Origin: Gracilinanus agilis
Lineage: Eukaryota
DNA length: 64,000 nt
NCBI RefSeq assembly: GCF_016433145.1
Contig: NC_058134.1
Span: 184,096,056 to 184,160,055, forward strand
Direction: 5' to 3'
This document shows, piece after piece, positions 62,366 to 64,000 of the stretch (its first letter is position 1; every line of letters begins with the position of its first letter). Made by a program: the position numbers and the translations under genes. Below the pieces are notes generated by a model. That model saw only the letters and a list, made by a program, of their open reading frames with translations. It was not told where the DNA came from and searched no databases.

Positions 62366-63135
62366 ATACTTAAGATTTTTTCCAATGTAACAGTAGTGCA
62401 TTTATTGCATTATCTAACCTTTTAAAATGATTATAAGATTTGCCAAATGCAGAGAGATGATAGCCACTGGCTAACGATATAAACTTTTTGTATGATATTA
62501 TACACAAAGATGGTAAACAAATTTTGAACAATATTACCTCATAAAACAGAGGGAAACTATAAACTTAGACAGTCATTTCAAATAAAGTATGATGAGAGAT
62601 CCAATTAAACATTTAATGATGAAATTGAAAGAAGACCAAAACAAAAATTAGAGAAAATGTATGCAAATATTTTTGTAATGGCCTTAGAAGCCAATATACC
62701 ATTTTGAAGATGATCTCCAGTGATGGCGGTAGAGGCTTGTTGCTCCACCATGAAAAAAACATGCTGATATATCTATGGCTCTTTGGGATGAAACAGTAGT
62801 GGGTTTGGCTAAGGAACATGGTTTGCAGTAACAGGTTTTCTACTGCCCTTTCATTCTCAGCTACTACTGATAGATGCTAAAATCATGATGACGGAGATCT
62901 GTACCTTCTCAGTGTACTCTTTGGTGGGCAAAATGATTAACTTTCAGCATTCCTCTCTGCTTCAACATGATTGATCATCAGTTTGGACAAGAATCTTTGT
63001 TATGTAAAGCTATAGATATAAAAGGTGTTTTGAATTTATTTTCTTCCATGAGTAGAAGGATCAATACTATTTATGAGCTTAATGCCATATCAAGCAAGAA
63101 TTATTAAGGATATGAACTATGGTATTCACTATGCA

Positions 63136-63305
63136 GGGACAACTATTTGGCACAGTGGGTTAGAGGGCTGATTCTGGAGTCATGAAAAATCCTCTTCCTA
63201 AGTTCAAATAAATCCAGCCTCATATTCTTAATAGGGACCCTGGACAAGTCACCCTGTCTGTCTCAGTTTTCTCATCTGTAAAATGAGCCAGCAAAGGAAA
63301 TTGGG
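63136..63305 (+). mobile_element. MAR1-type SINE, degraded
   Basis: gggacaactatttggcacagtgggttagag...ggacaagtcacc...ctcagttttctcatctgtaaaatgagc...aaggaaattgg. Confidence 0.7.
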
Positions 63306-64000
63306 ATGGATGACATAAATGTTGCCGGGTTTGAATTGACAGCTCTAAGCCTTTGATTGGGCAAAGAGTACAATCTCAAGGATGACTCTGAGATTACAGA
63401 AACTGAAAAGATGCTTGTTTTCTCAATAAAAATAGGAAAAGTTCAGAGGAGAGACAGGTTTAAGTAGACAAGATAGAGAGTTTTGTTTTGGACACATTGA
63501 ATATTAGATGTGAATGGGATCCTCAAATGATGTTGGCTTGAAATGGGATGCAAGAGGTGATATTAGCCTGACATTTTAGAAGGAGATTACTCTTGCACAT
63601 ATACGAACTCAAAAGAGGGTATAGAAAAATGAAGGATTTCAAAGTGTAGAAGAAAAAGCTCATTCATTCAATATTCATTCAACTATTATTATGCATCCAC
63701 TTTGTGTTAGGAACTGGGAATACAAAGAGAAAAATACAGCAGTAACTGACCTCAAAAAGCTTAGATTCTAGTGAATGATTTACTTCTATTTTTTTCAGTA
63801 AAATATTAGATAATTTTCTTCTTCTGAGGGAAAAGGGTGAGAAATGTCAAAGAGACAAGGAGGAATGAAATTAACTCCCAGAGAGATGGCATGATTTGGC
63901 CTAGATCATAAAAAAGTAGTATAAATTCTAGATTGTAATATCATACCATTGAGAACTGACTTAAAATGACTAAAAAGCCCCTTAATAAAGTTAAATATCA

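Noticed and set aside
1-64000. CRISPR arrays, rRNA, snoRNA, prokaryotic operons or defence systems
   Set aside because: The sequence is marsupial genomic DNA; no regularly spaced repeat-spacer array, rRNA motif or convincing C/D or H/ACA arrangement was seen

Overview
This is AT-rich, CpG-poor mammalian DNA from a marsupial, almost certainly an opossum (Monodelphis-type). The evidence is several SINE1_Mdo copies, MAR1, MIR, opossum-type L1 3' ends, L2, L3/CR1, an RTE-like remnant, three solo LTRs and a hAT MITE. Roughly half of the window is recognisable transposon debris and the rest looks intronic or intergenic. I could not identify any gene by name. Nearly all ORFs on the six-frame track are LINE remnants, microsatellite read-through, N-inflated or chance ORFs. 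Short candidate exons with good splice signals occur on both strands. The best set is a frame-compatible + strand chain (3965-3996, 9856-9937, 19544-19612); a - strand terminal module (3113-3175, then 2286 downward) competes with it. Such signals also arise by chance at this base composition, so all are low confidence. The best-supported observations are a nested L2<LTR<SINE cluster with target-site duplications (TSDs), a hAT MITE with perfect TIRs, very young SINE1 copies, and a ~405-bp duplication across a single N that is probably an assembly artefact. A ~170-bp AT-rich palindrome and a GC-richer island broken by an assembly gap at 59.4-59.7 kb are also visible. I found no convincing novel biological system. 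Repeat boundaries are approximate unless TSDs or TIRs are quoted, and family names come from recalled consensus features, not a database search.
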